From NCBI GenBank assembly GCA_021199975.1, contig JAJQHF010000211.1, positions 1-40,730 of the forward strand: a stretch of 40,730 nucleotides of DNA. Reading direction: 5' to 3'. The notes under the pieces are model-generated. The model was not told the DNA's origin, searched no databases, and saw only the letters and a list, made by a program, of their open reading frames with translations. Origin of the DNA: Candidatus Gastranaerophilales bacterium. GTDB taxonomy: Bacteria > Cyanobacteriota > Vampirovibrionia > Gastranaerophilales > Gastranaerophilaceae. Each line of letters starts with the position of its first letter. Position 1 is the first letter of the stretch. A program made the position numbers and the translations under genes. Of this stretch, positions 8,257 through 16,843 are shown in pieces.

Positions 8257-8323
8257 GTTTTATCCATACTTCCGTCATACCCTGTTTACTTTGATAAGAC
8301 AAAACGTTACAAAAAAAGTTCCG

Positions 8324-9764
8324 TTATTTCTCTTCCCAAATTGTATTTTCTTTTGAATCTTTTAAAACAATAGAAATACTGTCAAGTAAAGTTCTGACTT
8401 TATCAGCAATCTGCCAATTTTTTTCTTTTCTTGCATTATTTCTATATTCTATGATTTTATCCATTAAAGGATATCCCGTAAGCTTTTTATCTTCCGAAGT
8501 TAAAAAATCCATATCATTAATAATTAAATTTAATTTATTTTGAAGCTCAGCTTCGCTGATTTTTTCTTTTTCAAATTTAAATCCTAATACGTCAGTTAAT
8601 TTAAGAAGAATTGAAGCATATTTTTGAGTATTTGAAATATCTTTATCGTTTGAAGATTTATTCAAATTTGTTACCGTATCAAAAATAACGGCTAAAGCTT
8701 TTGATGTATTTAAATCATTATCCATTGCAGCTTTAAAAAGTTTTACTTCCTCCGTATCGGCAATTTCCGGTAATTTTTCATTATTTGTATATTTTACTGC
8801 TTGATTTAATGCGGTTTGAATTCTTTTCCAACCGGCCTTTGCACCGTCCAATGCTTCGGATGAAAATTCTACAGGCATTCTGTAATGATTGGTCAGAATA
8901 AATAATCTTATTGTATTTGAATCATAAGATGCGAGCATATCATCAATTGTTACAAAGTTCTTTAAGGATTTAGACATTTTTTCCTTATTAATTGTAACAA
9001 AACCGTTATGAAGCCAATAGTTAACAAATTTACAACCGTTTGCACATTCACTTTGAGCTATTTCATTCTCGTGGTGAGGAAATATTAAATCCGCACCGCC
9101 TGCATGAATATCAATTGTTTTACCCAAATATTTACGTGACATTGCACTGCATTCAATATGCCAACCTGGACGTCCTTTCCCCCATGGGCTCGGATAACCG
9201 AATTCTTCATCTTTTTTCCACAGTGCAAAATCCAAAACATCTTCTTTTAAAGAAGAAGTTTCTACTCTTGCACCCGCTATTAAATTCATCAATCGGCTGT
9301 TTGCTTAACTTCCCGTATTTATCAAATTTCTTTACTCTGAAATATACGTCGCCTTGTACTTCATAAGCATAACCGTTTTTTATCAAATCTTTAATTATAG
9401 ATATCATTTCTCCTAATGTTTTAGTTGCAAAAGGTTCTATATCAGGCTTTAAGACATTCAGTTTCTTCATGGAATCTGCAAAAATTTCGTAATATCTTTT
9501 TGATATTACTTCGGCGGTTGTATTTTCTTCCTTTGCCTTTTTTAGAATTTTATCATCAACATCGGTAACATTTCTGCAATATGTAACATCATATCCGGAA
9601 AACTTTAAATATCTGTAGAGCATATCCCATGTAATATAACACCTTGCATGCCCGAGGTGCGGATAATCATAAACAGTAGGTCCGCAAACGTACATACTAA
9701 CCTTATTGCCGCTTATAGGTTTAAATTCTTCATCAGTATTAGAGAAAGTATTATGTAATTTCAT
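8324..9764 (-). pseudogene. cysS: Cysteine--tRNA ligase interrupted by a 1-nt frameshift (two track ORFs, 9207..9764 and 8324..9292)
   Basis: The N-terminal fragment has HLGH (YPHLGHARCY) and ...YGKLSKQPIDE. The C-terminal fragment continues LIAGARVETSSLKEDVLDFALWK...GRPGWHIECSAM...KMSKS. Joining ...GAT GAA [T] TTA ATA GCG... restores a colinear CysS, so there is one extra T in a T-run (A-run on + at 9282-9284). Confidence 0.85.
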
Positions 9765-9838
9765 AGTTAAAAATCCTTTTTTATTATATTACTACAAACG
9801 GTAATTAATAAAAAAGGATTTTTCTGTTACTTTAGTGT

Positions 9839-12800
9839 TTATATTTTATATAAAATTACAGTATTAAAATCATCAGGTTCTATTGAAAGATTAATTTCTT
9901 GACCTTGAGCATTTTCTCTTTTTAAATAATAATAATCTTTCCCGTCTTTTTGCATTTTTGCAATTTTATAAACAGAGTCATCTCCGTCTTTTTCGTTTTT
10001 AAATTTGGTTCCGACGGGCAAGCCGTGTTTAAGCCCCTGTTTTGCACTGTTATAATCAATATCTAAAAAGAGCCTGCTGTTAGTTTTTTGCTTTTTGTCT
10101 TCTCCGATTTCGGAAGTTCCTCTTTCCATTCTCTTATCAAAATCAGTATTGGAACCTGAGGAATCATGCAAAGTTAATACAACGGAACCTTTGTCGTTAT
10201 ATCTTAAAAAGGCTTGAATAAATTCGTTATTTACAGGCTCAATTTTCTTTTTCCCGTTTTCATCTTTACCTTCTTTAAAGGTATAAACAGGGATAGTAAC
10301 AGTTGCACCGTCATTTAATGCGCTTAAATCCTTTCTTATGCCTTTATTTGAATTTAATATACTCGGTTTTTGAGTAACTGCATTTTCAGGTTTTCTTATA
10401 TTTGTTATTTTATTCATATTTTCATAGAAGGTTTTGATAAAACCGTATTTACCCTCCTCGAGCCATTCCCAATGAATAACATTTCTGTTCTGCTGATGAT
10501 AGTTTTTAGCTTTAGTTTCATACCCTGAAACTCCGGTCTTATCACCTGCAAAATCAGTAGGACTGCCCGGCAGAGTAATTAACAATTTATACATTGAATA
10601 AAATCTGTCGAATGCGGGAAGTAATACTTTTTCAAGAATTCTTGCTTCCATTTCGTCTTTATTTGGTACTTCTTTTCCTGTATTTTGTTCTACTTGTTTA
10701 AATACACTTTCTATTGCCGTTTCAAAAGGTCTTGTTCCGAAAGCATCTGCATTTGGACTATTAACTATGTCTGCAATAGCTTCTTTTATTTGTTCTTTTG
10801 TTTCATCCGAAACAATCATTGGCTTTTCTTCATCATTACAAGCATCTTCAAGAGCATCATTCAACCTTGAACCCATAGCTACCGCTTTTGAACTTAATGT
10901 ATCAAAATCTATATCTTCTATGTCTTTTTTCGTAACATTTGCAGCAATCTGCTGATGTTCTTCCGATGAAAAATCAGAATTAAACAAGCCCATATCCAAA
11001 GCAAGGAGATGAGAAACTCTTGGTTTATCATGGTTTCCTATAAACGTATAAGAATTAGTAACACCGTCTTCGGGGCTTTGGAATAAAAACCCAGGGTTTC
11101 CCTTCCAGCCTGTGTCAAGTTTTTCCCTCAGCTTAAAATTCTTACTGTATTTTCCCATCCAACAATCGGGATTATCTATACCTGATGAAGGATAAGTTGT
11201 AGTATATAAATCAGGAAGCAAAGAGAAAAAGTAATTATAGTTAGCAACAGAAGTTATGCCTGTTTCTTGTAAAAACTTTCTTTCTGCATCAGCTCCGTTT
11301 GTATATTTATTATCAGGATTATTAGTAAATAACTGATCTAAGTCGGTAAGTTCCGCAGTTGTATATACATGAGGATTAATTTCTAATACCGATTGATTAA
11401 ACAATTTCCAAAAGCTTGTAACATTATCCCATGCATTGTTCATATCTTCGGCATCCGAACGAACAGGATCAATTGAAGCTATATCTTTTGCGGCATCAAT
11501 TCTCCAGCCTAATCCAGCTTCTGTCTTATCCATAATCATTTCAGCCATTTTAAAATCATTTAAAGTTCGATTAGAAAATCTTTTTTGCATTTTGTTTTTT
11601 AAATCATCAATTTCTTCTTCATTTAATTGAGAAATTCCTTTTTCCATAATACTAACAACATCTTGAGCTTCTTCTTCCGAGGTTTTGCCGCTGTAGGGTA
11701 TACCTAAAGATTGCATTGTAATATTTTCAGAATCAACACCGGAAAAATCAATATGCCCATCTTCTTGAATTGACACATCCGCATCAGGCGCAAGAGATTT
11801 CAATAATAAATACTTTGTTAATTCCGGAGCCGTTTCCGATATTACATATTTTCCGTATTCCGTTACATTACCGGTTTCATCAGAAATACCCGGAACCTTC
11901 TCTAAAATTTCTAATATTTTCGGTGCAATTTCATTTTCATATAATTCATCAACTTGTGAATAAACATTTTCATATTTTTCAGGCAAATTTGGATTATCCG
12001 CTTTTGTTAAATCATATCTTGAAATTCCGAGTTCCTCCTCTGTATTTGCTCTTTTTGCAATATATGGAGAAGTTATTATTTCCAAAAGATTTGTATTAAC
12101 AGGAAGTGTTTCTAAGGGTAAATCCATTGATTTTTTCATTACATAATCAGATACTTTATAATCATTACCGAAACCGCCTTCTTCATATATTTCTTCAGTT
12201 TCGGGATTTATATAGCTTCTCATATCAAAAGAATCTAAGCGCTTAAATGAAAAATCATCTTTTAAAACATTTTCCACTGTTTCTTTATCTATAACACTCA
12301 AGGTATATGACGGCAATTTATGTTCAGATACCATTTCCTTTATTAAATCCATATACTCATTGGAAGTTTCGGCTTTTCCTTCGCCAATAGATGAGGAAAC
12401 ATGTTCAAATAAGGTATCATCTGTTAATTTAGTCCAATATATACCTGAATTAGAGGCATAATCCCTAACCGCAAGAGTTCCTCTTTCAAAATCATCTATT
12501 GCGGCTTTTCTTTCATTTTCGGGAAGTCTTGAAAATCTTTCATTATCTTTTAATGTTCCGTAAAAATTTAATTTTGCAATATCAACATTTCCGTCCCAAA
12601 CTTCAAGACCGCCTGATTCACTTTTCGGAACCACATTAAAATTAGTAAAATCCGCAACACTTTTTATTGTTTCTATATTTGACAAATCTACACTTCCGCC
12701 GTTTTTTGAAGCAGTTCTTTTAACATTTCTTTTTAATTCTTCAGGACTGACTTCTAATGCAAACGGGTAAACGGCATCATCATGCTTTGTAATATCATAT

Positions 12801-13903
12801 ATATTTTCGGTATTTTTCTTATCGTATGTAGTCATTCTCATGGGAGAATCAGAATTTATTTGTTCTTCACTTGCAAGTCTGGAATCATAAAATTGTATAT
12901 AAGTAGGTTTTGCCGGATTATATTCGGAATTTGAACTCTTGTATTCACCGTCTTCTATTTTAAACGGAGCATTTATAATTTTCATTCTTGTATAATCACA
13001 TTTATCAGGTAAAATCCCCAATGAAATTTTTTCATCAGCTCTAAACATATCTTTAGCATAAGAATTTGAACCCTTTCTTAAAAGAGAAGATAAATGAATA
13101 CCTCCAAATCCTTCATTTACAAGAGCCGCATCCGCTACCCAGTTTATGCCGTGTTCAAAAAGTTTTGTTTGAAAAATCTTATAATCTTCTTCGCTGCCGA
13201 AATCCGGAGATATTTGATACGCATTTTCCGTCCAATATTTATGCGAAGAAATTGTGTCTTTAGTAAACGGAGTACCTACTATTCTTGTAATTCCTTCTTT
13301 TTCAATTTCAGGCAGTCTTTCAATTATACCGTAAAAATTTCCACCCAGTTTATTTGCGTGAGTTCTTGCACTTTTTACGACTTCATCTCTTTGTGTTTTA
13401 TCAAGAAAAGGTTTTGTACCGTTATTTACTATTCCGGGGTAATATTCATCTGGCATGATTAATTCCATGGGACCATTTTTATTTATAATTGCACGATTAT
13501 TAAGTACAACATTGTACTTATTATCAGTGCTGTCCAAATTATCAAATATACCTATAACGCTTCCGTTATCAAAAGCGTAAGTTTCTTCTTTTGTGTTTTT
13601 ATCTGTCAGTTTAAATCTGTAAGCAAAACCGTCTTCTGAATTTATTTCTAAAATATCAGACATATCAACACTTATACCGCCATCTCTCATCGGAAGTGTT
13701 ACTGCGGGTTTATCCTCTTCTGCTATTGAGAAATTACACTTATCGTCTTTTTTTATATTATATAGTTCAACTTCACAATCATACTTGTTGGTATCATATA
13801 AGTAATAAAAATTGTGTTTTGCAAATCCCTTTTTATCCTGAACTTTTTTATGTCCTGAAAATGCCACGTTTTGTGTATTTAAGTTATTTTTTTGAATATT
13901 CAC
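9839..13903 (-). CDS. Very large GH13 (alpha-amylase superfamily) glycoside hydrolase/transferase with an oversized insertion; no signal peptide
   Basis: All four GH13 regions are visible. Region I is GGNFYGIIERLPEIEKEGITRIVGTPF...INWVADAALVNEG (D258). Region II is GLGWRIDAAKD (D803). Region III is VYTTAELTD (E851). Region IV is FIGNHDKPR (H958/D959). Specificity cannot be called. Confidence 0.8.
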   Translation of the reverse strand: MNIQKNNLNTQNVAFSGHKKVQDKKGFAKHNFYYLYDTNKYDCEVELYNIKKDDKCNFSIAEEDKPAVTLPMRDGGISVDMSDILEINSEDGFAYRFKLTDKNTKEETYAFDNGSVIGIFDNLDSTDNKYNVVLNNRAIINKNGPMELIMPDEYYPGIVNNGTKPFLDKTQRDEVVKSARTHANKLGGNFYGIIERLPEIEKEGITRIVGTPFTKDTISSHKYWTENAYQISPDFGSEEDYKIFQTKLFEHGINWVADAALVNEGFGGIHLSSLLRKGSNSYAKDMFRADEKISLGILPDKCDYTRMKIINAPFKIEDGEYKSSNSEYNPAKPTYIQFYDSRLASEEQINSDSPMRMTTYDKKNTENIYDITKHDDAVYPFALEVSPEELKRNVKRTASKNGGSVDLSNIETIKSVADFTNFNVVPKSESGGLEVWDGNVDIAKLNFYGTLKDNERFSRLPENERKAAIDDFERGTLAVRDYASNSGIYWTKLTDDTLFEHVSSSIGEGKAETSNEYMDLIKEMVSEHKLPSYTLSVIDKETVENVLKDDFSFKRLDSFDMRSYINPETEEIYEEGGFGNDYKVSDYVMKKSMDLPLETLPVNTNLLEIITSPYIAKRANTEEELGISRYDLTKADNPNLPEKYENVYSQVDELYENEIAPKILEILEKVPGISDETGNVTEYGKYVISETAPELTKYLLLKSLAPDADVSIQEDGHIDFSGVDSENITMQSLGIPYSGKTSEEEAQDVVSIMEKGISQLNEEEIDDLKNKMQKRFSNRTLNDFKMAEMIMDKTEAGLGWRIDAAKDIASIDPVRSDAEDMNNAWDNVTSFWKLFNQSVLEINPHVYTTAELTDLDQLFTNNPDNKYTNGADAERKFLQETGITSVANYNYFFSLLPDLYTTTYPSSGIDNPDCWMGKYSKNFKLREKLDTGWKGNPGFLFQSPEDGVTNSYTFIGNHDKPRVSHLLALDMGLFNSDFSSEEHQQIAANVTKKDIEDIDFDTLSSKAVAMGSRLNDALEDACNDEEKPMIVSDETKEQIKEAIADIVNSPNADAFGTRPFETAIESVFKQVEQNTGKEVPNKDEMEARILEKVLLPAFDRFYSMYKLLITLPGSPTDFAGDKTGVSGYETKAKNYHQQNRNVIHWEWLEEGKYGFIKTFYENMNKITNIRKPENAVTQKPSILNSNKGIRKDLSALNDGATVTIPVYTFKEGKDENGKKKIEPVNNEFIQAFLRYNDKGSVVLTLHDSSGSNTDFDKRMERGTSEIGEDKKQKTNSRLFLDIDYNSAKQGLKHGLPVGTKFKNEKDGDDSVYKIAKMQKDGKDYYYLKRENAQGQEINLSIEPDDFNTVILYKI

Positions 13904-14093
13904 ACTTAACTCCTTTTTTTGCAGAAATCTACATTATATTAATTCTCCTGAATTGTTTTTCTTGCTTTAATTTTATATATCTTTAATAAAAATTTACAAT
14001 ATTTTATAATAACTTTTGTAAATTTTTCATCGTAAACTTTTAAAAAACTATCAACTTTGATTTTTTCCTGCATTAAAATATTTGTGGTGAAGT

Positions 14094-14378
14094 ATGACTA
14101 ATCTTTTAAATTCCCAAATACCAAGTAATTATAACCAAATTCCGGCAAGGAAGCTGTCTAAAGATGCAGGACGCTGTGCAAATGTTGTGCTTCCTCAAAG
14201 TCTGCCGAAATTTTCAGTTGATGATGAAATGCAAAAACAAGATGAATTCAGAAAAAGTGCTATTCAAAACATGAATGCACAGCAAGGCAAAAGCAAGAAA
14301 AATTTACTATGCAAATCCGCTTTTATTCTTGCTTCAATTGCCGGAGTATTACTTTTAAAAAAGAAAAATAAAATTTAA
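14094..14378 (+). CDS. Hypothetical small tail-anchored protein
   Basis: 94 aa. A polar N-terminal ~70 aa is followed by one C-terminal TM helix (LLCKSAFILASIAGVLLL) and then KKKNKI. It is transcribed divergently from the GH13 gene and sits directly upstream of the 499-aa ORF. Confidence 0.45.
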   Translation: MTNLLNSQIPSNYNQIPARKLSKDAGRCANVVLPQSLPKFSVDDEMQKQDEFRKSAIQNMNAQQGKSKKNLLCKSAFILASIAGVLLLKKKNKI

Positions 14379-14456
14379 AAATTTTTATCTCTAATAACAA
14401 AATTTTTTATTTTTGTTTTTATAACGAATAAATCCAAATGCCAAACCGGAGAAAAA

Positions 14457-15956
14457 ATGGATATAACAATCTCTCAAAATATCCCCTGTAACAAATACAG
14501 CAAAATGAAAACAAACTCATCTAGTTTGGTTTCTCATTCTGATGCAGGTTTCGAACAGCCGTCAAAATGCTCATCTTTCTCTTTAAAAGATACATCTTCT
14601 GATACTTTTATTCCTTACCAAAACACAAAATCAGGCAATGTTTCTTTTTCGGGAAAATTCTTTTCTGCTTTATCAAAACTTAATAAAACAAATAAAGACG
14701 ATAACAGCCCGCAGGACATTCCAAATGAATTTGCGGCAGATATTTCAAGCGGAATTAAAAGGGTCATGCAGAAAGATATCCCTCCTTCAAACTTTAGCTT
14801 TGTAATGACTCCTGATGAATTCAGAGAACTTTTGCCTTCTTTTAATGCAGAAAACTTTATTTCTTCAAAAGAAAATCAGGAAAATGGTATTTATTGTGTT
14901 GATTTAGATTACCAAAGTACATTTTCAAGCGGGCTGGAAAATGTTTTTGACATACTTGATAATGCCGCTGAATATGCTGACAAATATTACGAAAAAACAG
15001 GTAAAGAATTTATATTTGCCGTTACCGACAGAGATTGTATTGAAGGATTGCAGCACTTATTAAGAACCGCAGGTTCAGATCCTGAGAAATACAAACATTT
15101 AAAAATTGTTCCAGGACTTAAAATGTCATTTGCTCACAAAGCACCAAATTCCACTATCGGATATGAAAACAGCGATATGCTTATTTACGGAATTAACCCT
15201 TTTTCTAAAAATATTATAGATTTTGTAGACACAACCATAAATAAAAGAAAAAAAATGATGGTAGATTTTATAGGTGATGTAAATGAGTTATACCCCGAAT
15301 TTTCTTATAATGTAATAGAATTTGCCGAACAAAACAGAATGAGATATAAAAAGAGTTTTGGTGTTCCTAATTTATATTGGCGCGCAAGAGAATATGCCGA
15401 AACAAAAGGTGATACGGAAATAAAAGGTATTTCCATGGTTCCTGACGAGATAATAGAAGAAGCTCAAGCAATTATAGATGATTTGGGTAAAGTCTATTTA
15501 GGCTCCGATCAAAAAACTTTTTCCGCTTGGGATTCTCAAATAATTACCAATAATGATGTTAACAAAGAAATTAAAAAAGTTTTTGGTAAATATTCCACAC
15601 ACAAAGAAGAAAGCGGAAAAGTGGTTTCTTCTGCCGAAAATCTTTATGAGTCTATGATAGACTGCTTGGATAAAGAAAAAGAAAAACCTGTTCTTGCTAT
15701 AGCTTCGCCTTTTTATTTTTCTCATTATTATGAAGAACAAAAATCTAAAACTTTTGATAAAGTTGTTTCATTTTTTAAAGAGTTAAAAGAACATTCAAAA
15801 GGAATGCTTTTAGCGTTTGAGTCTATTGTTCCGTTTTATGATTTAGATGAAAATTTAACACCTGCTATAATTAAAAACTTTAATGAATACATACAAGAGC
15901 ATACTGATTTATATGAAGTAGGAGGAAGCTTTGCAAAACGAAATCAAGAAAATTAA
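14457..15956 (+). CDS. PHP-domain-like protein with substituted metal ligands (putative pseudo-phosphoesterase) and a Ser-rich N-terminal extension
   Basis: It has a GGAGA Shine-Dalgarno. The motif order is colinear with TrpH/YciV-type PHP proteins. CVDLDYQSTFSSG corresponds to DLHxHTxxSDG, FAVTDRDCIEG to AITDHDTxxG, and IVPGLKMSFAH...MLIYGINP to IPGVEIS...HIVGxxID. LAIASPFY corresponds to AHPxRY and VGGSFAK to GSDFH. Comparison is from memory of the family pattern. Confidence 0.5.
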   Translation: MDITISQNIPCNKYSKMKTNSSSLVSHSDAGFEQPSKCSSFSLKDTSSDTFIPYQNTKSGNVSFSGKFFSALSKLNKTNKDDNSPQDIPNEFAADISSGIKRVMQKDIPPSNFSFVMTPDEFRELLPSFNAENFISSKENQENGIYCVDLDYQSTFSSGLENVFDILDNAAEYADKYYEKTGKEFIFAVTDRDCIEGLQHLLRTAGSDPEKYKHLKIVPGLKMSFAHKAPNSTIGYENSDMLIYGINPFSKNIIDFVDTTINKRKKMMVDFIGDVNELYPEFSYNVIEFAEQNRMRYKKSFGVPNLYWRAREYAETKGDTEIKGISMVPDEIIEEAQAIIDDLGKVYLGSDQKTFSAWDSQIITNNDVNKEIKKVFGKYSTHKEESGKVVSSAENLYESMIDCLDKEKEKPVLAIASPFYFSHYYEEQKSKTFDKVVSFFKELKEHSKGMLLAFESIVPFYDLDENLTPAIIKNFNEYIQEHTDLYEVGGSFAKRNQEN

Positions 15957-15961
15957 CCGCT

Positions 15962-16843
15962 TTATCTTTGGGTTGATAAATTATATGTTAACACCACATC
16001 GTTCCCTTGTTCCGATATATATAGAATATCGTTTTTAATGTATAGAAAATAAGGTTTTGATACATTTTCCATAAAAACGCTTACATTGCCGCCTTTTGTA
16101 ACTTTTAAAATATTATCAGCTTCAAAATTGGCAACATAAATATTGTCATAATTATCAATAGCAATACCTATGGGTCCGTCTAAAAGATAATCTTTGACAA
16201 AGTTTGTTTTGTTTTTGTTTTTATCCACCTTTACAATAGAATTATCCGAATAGCAGGCAACATACATGTTTCCTTCAGAATCAACGACCATGCCTGCTGG
16301 CGAATTAAATTTATCAATTAAAACTCTTTTGTTATTATTTGCTGTTGTAACTTTTGAGCGTTCCACCTTATTTCTTTGCAGGTCAAATTGACTTTTAGCA
16401 TCCGCATATAACTGTTGAACAGTATAATAATGTTCATAATCATCAGGAATATACTTTAAATATTTCATAGCGAGCGCATAATTCTGCCTATTATAAGATA
16501 TTTTAGCCGCTTGAAGAATAGAATCATAATCATAAGGATTAAGCGCAATAATTTTTACATAAGTATTATAGGCTTCATCATATTTTTTTTGTGCAACGTA
16601 AACGGAAGCAATATTATAATAAGCATCAGTCATTTTAGGATAAAACGACAGAGCCTTTTTAAAAGAGTCTATAGCAGTATCATAAGCTTTAACTCTTACC
16701 ATATCGACACCATACTTATATGCGGAAATCGCTTTTTGCATGTCCTCTTCGGGAATTTCATCCTCCTCCGAAGCAAAGGAGGTACAGAAAAAACACCCTG
16801 TCATTAATAATATTACAGATAATAAAAATATTTTCTTTTTCAT
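15962..16843 (-). CDS. Secreted/lipoprotein with TPR repeats and an NHL-repeat beta-propeller
   Basis: It has a signal peptide with an LMTGC lipobox. TPR-like repeats are present (AYYNIASVYVAQKKYDEAYNTYVKIIALNP...). NHL-type repeats follow (PAGMVVDSEGNMYVACYSDNSIVKV; GPIGIAIDNYDNIYVANFEADNILKV). The start shares one nucleotide with the gatA stop. Confidence 0.7.
   Translation of the reverse strand: MKKKIFLLSVILLMTGCFFCTSFASEEDEIPEEDMQKAISAYKYGVDMVRVKAYDTAIDSFKKALSFYPKMTDAYYNIASVYVAQKKYDEAYNTYVKIIALNPYDYDSILQAAKISYNRQNYALAMKYLKYIPDDYEHYYTVQQLYADAKSQFDLQRNKVERSKVTTANNNKRVLIDKFNSPAGMVVDSEGNMYVACYSDNSIVKVDKNKNKTNFVKDYLLDGPIGIAIDNYDNIYVANFEADNILKVTKGGNVSVFMENVSKPYFLYIKNDILYISEQGNDVVLTYNLSTQR

Noticed and set aside
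9040-9366. Plus-strand ORF 9040..9366, and the idea that 8324..9292 and 9207..9764 are two separate genes
   Set aside because: The two minus-strand ORFs are consecutive halves of one CysS (HIGH in one, KMSKS in the other), joined by a 1-nt shift. The plus-strand ORF is antisense noise.
9765-9838. T-box or leader elements upstream of cysS (9765-9838) and serS (32505-32597)
   Set aside because: The spacers are only ~75-95 nt, far shorter than a T-box leader. No specifier or antiterminator structures are apparent.
10685-13986. Numerous plus-strand ORFs inside the GH13 gene (10685..10870, 10767..10955, 11436..11630, 11770..12099, 13066..13462, 13696..13986)
   Set aside because: All are antisense to a 4-kb ORF carrying the four GH13 signature regions, and they have low-complexity hydrophobic translations.
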